Source: Tricharina praecox (Eukaryota). From it: 64,000 nucleotides of DNA. Location: contig NW_026250425.1 in assembly GCF_024521635.1 (NCBI RefSeq), forward strand, positions 186,001-250,000. The letters are read 5' to 3'. Positions 59,901-64,000 of this stretch are shown here, piece by piece; position 1 is the stretch's first letter; each line of letters opens with the position of its first letter. The notes under the pieces were generated by a model. It saw only the letters and a list, made by a program, of their open reading frames with translations, had not been told where the DNA came from and searched no databases. A program made the translations under genes and the position numbers.

Positions 59901-62309
59901 GGTGGGCTCGTGTTACAGTGGTTTCCGGGGAGTTCTTGAGAAGTATGGGGAGAGGGAGAAAGAGGACGGAACGAACGAGGAGAACAAGAATAACGAAGAG
60001 GGCGGGGAGGACGGAAAGGGCGGGAGGATAAAGAGGAGAGTGGAAGAAGACATAGAGCACGAGAGCAGCACTGTACAATTTAAACAGGCCGGCTCGATCT
60101 GCGTTACCAAACAGCCGCGTTAATATGTTCTCCAAACGGAAGGTTCTCTTTCGTCTTTCGTGGGCGACCTCTCCATGCAGGAACATCTTCGCTCCTACGG
60201 CGTCATGGTTGACGCCCAAGGCAGCCAATTGGAGTCCCCGGCCATGGTGCGTGTTGCCCCACGTTCACTCAGCGACGGCAGGGATTTGGCGAGAAGAAGC
60301 ACGCTACGGGTATATCTAGTAGGTTCCTACATATCTCTCGAGAACTCGGAAGATGCGGAGGCCTTCCGTTGCGCACCCGATCCCCGGCAGCTTCCCGCAG
60401 TGGCTCCTCGGGAAAAGACGATTCCCGTTCATCCTGGACCTGCGATGGCTGTGACTCGTGAGGACAGATGCCGTTCTGCCGGTGTGTTGCCGATCATGAT
60501 TACTCTCCGTTCGCTTGCTTGCTTGTGCCACCTCGATGTGGCCGCTTCTGCCGTGGTAGGTGTGTGTTGCGATTCTGGTTTTCGTCTCGTTCTCGTTGAA
60601 AAGCCATCGTCGTCACTCGTCCAAGATATTGCACATTGGTCGTATTGGTCATATGCGCCTCTGGGCGCCTCCTCGAGTGCGCCTCTGTGCGCCTCAAGAA
60701 TCCTGCTTATTCTCATACTTGCTTCTGCTTCTGTCTGGCATGTCTAGCTGGTCATCCGCTGTTTCTGCGAATGAATCAAGCAATCGAATAGTCGCACGCT
60801 CATATTTTCAACAGTATGAAGATGATGCAGTCGAGTGATCTCGAAGGACCAGGACTGCTTCTGTGCCCTCTGGAGACTGGACTGGAGACGGGAGATTGGA
60901 GACTGGAGACTGGAAGCCACCGCATCCGAGCGAGACAGCCGCGTGTTACAAAGTATCCTACGCATGTACCGGATAAGCTGCGGGCCGCCTCCAGATTTGG
61001 CAGCAAAGGACGCTAGGCGGTATCTAAGCGACCGTCATACAAGCGGCAGTCACTGCCCAACTCCTGACACAACCTCAAAATTTTACGACGGGTGGAGGGA
61101 TAGGAGGGGAGCCAACCGTCTCGAGAGTGGAATCTCCACCAAAGAAAACAAATCTCGTCTTTGATCTGTTCCTTGTCGAGGAAGCTGCCTATGTGCTCTC
61201 AAAGGGCTCGGTCATCCTCCGAGCATGTAACTAGTGCCGCCATGCTCAGCAACTCGCTCGCTGCAGAATAGTTAGGTTCCGAATTACTTTCTCCGCATTA
61301 CGGACCGATACCGTAGTGATCATGAGGCGGATGCCGAGAATTATGAGGATGAATGACTCCTCGAGCAGACTCAGTGATCGTGGCATTCTTGCCCTCGAAC
61401 ACCAAGGTTGAATGGGGAAGTGAGGACACCACCACCCATGAATGGAGAAATGAGGGCGCTTCAGCACCGCACTTCCCCATGCATTGTCACCGTAAATTGT
61501 AATCTTCCTTGGGTCCGGCTACGTCTACGTTTCCGGGAAGGGGAAGGGGGAGGGGAAGGGGAAGGAATGGTTCGCCAGAACTGCATTACGGTATTGGGAT
61601 ACAGGCCCCCGTGCTCCGGACTCCGGAGGAAGTTGTAGCAGCGAATGGAGCAGAAACTTCAAACTTCAGCACCCGGAATAACCCCCGCCCGCCCGCCCTC
61701 ACGGCCGTCCCGACGATCTATGTCACGGCTCCGTCTCTGTCTCAGGGTTCTTCCCCCCAAACCAAGGGCGGAGACTTAAGGTATCCCAACCCGGACCGCG
61801 CAATAAAATCCGTGGGCGTAAAAGGTGGATTGAGCATGGGAACCGGTCTGGCGGAAACTGAGAGCTATAGATGTGGCGACTTTCCGCAAAGGTCGAGTGA
61901 CAGCGCTGGAAGCGATGCATTACCTACCTACATATGGAGTTGGAGAAGTGTTTATCTTCAATCACCGTACATAGTAGTTACTAACTGTAACTGTAACGGC
62001 AACTGCAACTGCAACTGCAACTGCAACTTCAACTTCCAGCCTTCCAGCCTTCCAGTCTCTCGTTTCTAGGTCCAGGTCAAAGTTCAAAGTTCAAACAGGT
62101 GATTCATCATTCCGCCACTCGGCGGGGTTTCGTGGGGAAATTAGAATCCCAAAAGTTGAGGTTGAATAGCTTTTCGTGGGGAAATAGGAATCCCAGAGGT
62201 TGGGGTTGAATGGCTTTTACTGGAGCACATAGTAATAGTACTCTCCGCTTTGATGCAGTACTCGACTCTACTACTATGATACCTCGTGGCGCTATTCATC
62301 GCTATTCAT

Positions 62310-63104
62310 TTATTTATTTTTTTGTTCATTCATTGATTGCGTGGGACCTATCTAGATCATGGCAATATCTACCCGTTCGTCCCCCCGTTTCCCCGCCACT
62401 GTCCAATCCAACTTTCGTCAGGCGGCCCGATGTGGCTTTCCTTACCCCCGCCGTGGCCTGTCCCGAAGATGTATGAGCGCACCAAAGAAATGACACTAGG
62501 AAAAGACAACTTCCACTCCCTCAACTCGTCCCTGCCTCACCGCAAGTCACTAGTCCTCGTCGCCGCTTTCTGCCTCTTCATCGGCAGATGCCATGAAGGA
62601 AGGTGTGGGAAGGAACAGCGGGCGCGAACCCGACTCCTCAACCTCAACCTCAGCACCCTCCTCCTCCTCTCGCCTAAGGTCCGCCTCCCTTTCCTCCCGC
62701 TCCCTGAGCTCCCACTCGGATATCTCACTCGCTGCATCTTCCTCCATGGCCTCTGGCATCCGTCTGCCCACATCAGTGGAGAAGAGGAACTCTAGGATGG
62801 CCTTGCTGTATCGCTCGTCTGCGAAGAGGCCCCGGATTTGAAGCGGTCTTTCCCCCTCCTTGTCTGCTTCCGGACTTCTGCCCATAGTGTCTTTTGCTGA
62901 CTTTTCCATTCAAGGCAATTTTTGAAGAGGTGCTCCCGAGTCTGTGTCTTGTAGCGGCACCAGCCACAGCGGGCGTCCGGGCGCCTTTTCGTCCACTGGG
63001 GGTACTGGCCGGTGAGGTAGTGTCCTGTCTTGAGTTGGTAGAACCTTGAGGCGAAGCGCTTGGTGGCCATCTCTGGATTTGGGTCGGGTCGCTGGCCGGA
63101 TTTC
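62310..63104 (-). mobile_element. 5'-truncated, frameshifted non-LTR retrotransposon (LINE, Tad1-like) 3' end
   Basis: RFYQLKTGH..CGWC..QTREHLFKNC (C-terminal CCHC of LINE ORF2), continuing after a 1-nt frameshift near 62839 as IRGLFADERYSKAILEFLFSTDVGR. A-rich tail at about 62310-62335. TTCATCGCTATTCAT on both sides (62295-62309, 63105-63119). Confidence 0.82.
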
Positions 63105-64000
63105 TTCATCGCTATTCATCGCCTGTGAATAGCCTGTGAGAAGCAAGTACTCGAGTGATATCCCAGGTGCTTGTGGAAGACAAGTACACGAGTGATACCT
63201 ATCCCACATGTTTGTGAGAAGCAAGTACTCACTGATGTACACGAGTGATATCTCACACGCTTGTGACTGCAGTGGGTACTCTACTACCTAGCCGCGCTAT
63301 TAATCGCTATTCATCCTGTGAGAAGCAAATAGGTACCTACACGAGTGATATCCCACGTACTTGTGACGCGGTGCACTTCCACGCTTCTTCCACGCTTCTT
63401 CACTAGCTCCACAACCGCGCCCCGACCGAACCCCCTCCACGGCCGAGCCCCTCGGGTCTCTACGGACGCACCAGCCATCCCGCGCAGCACCCAGTCACCA
63501 CGATTCACCGTATCATCACCGTATCACCAACGAACGTACATATCACCGAGTATCCGTACCAAGCACCGTATTCCGCACCGTATTCCGCACAAATATCCCA
63601 CATCGAGCACCATATTCCGCACTAGTTCCAATTTCCAAATCAATTGCGGTATTATGACCCCATACATTAGATGTATCCATATATACCCACCCGTTCATCC
63701 GTTTCATTCAAGTTTAAACTTTAAACTTTAGCCTCACTATTGTCAAAAAAAATATTCTATAACCCCCTTATCACCCTTTAGTTGCCCCCTCCCAAAACCT
63801 TTACCGCCCCCAGTTTAGATGGTAGATCTTTCACCCTTCTGCCAAGTGCCCAGAGCCCAACGACCCACCCACCCACCCACCATTTTAAGCCCTTTAAGCC
63901 ATGGCCCAAAACCAAACAAAATTGCCCCATTCATCGCCCTTTGATGACAAAAGAAACCCCCAAAAAGCAGAGTAATAGGAAAGCTAAAGAGAGAATAGCA

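Noticed and set aside
63700..64000. C/A-rich end with CCCTTTA-like words suggesting a telomere
   Set aside because: No tandem CCCTAA array; only scattered degenerate words.

Overview
Eukaryotic genomic DNA from a filamentous ascomycete. Short GT-AG introns with CTRAC/CTAAC branch sites are seen directly; Pezizomycetes is only an inference from gene and repeat style. The left ~40 kb is gene-rich: an RRM-like gene, an ABM-type gene, two tandemly duplicated multi-C2H2 genes flanking an intron-containing U3 snoRNA, asparaginase-ankyrin, CENP-K/Sim4-like, GFA, RBR E3 ligase, TmpA-like flavoprotein, GTPBP-like GTPase, DHR2, GUP1, a CxWxxC zinc-finger gene and a LaeA-like methyltransferase. The right ~24 kb is gene-poor (a 4-TM orphan, a coiled-coil orphan, a phytase-like secreted protein) and rich in repeats: a CACTA-like element with a nested Harbinger-like element, a 5'-truncated LINE and many mini/microsatellites. 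Two further MITEs lie at 6008 and 37601. I found no unambiguous novel system. The best candidates for follow-up are the expanding 153-bp zinc-finger array with a frameshifted C-terminus, the spliced U3 locus between the duplicates, and the nested non-autonomous transposons. Exon boundaries were read by eye and are approximate unless stated.
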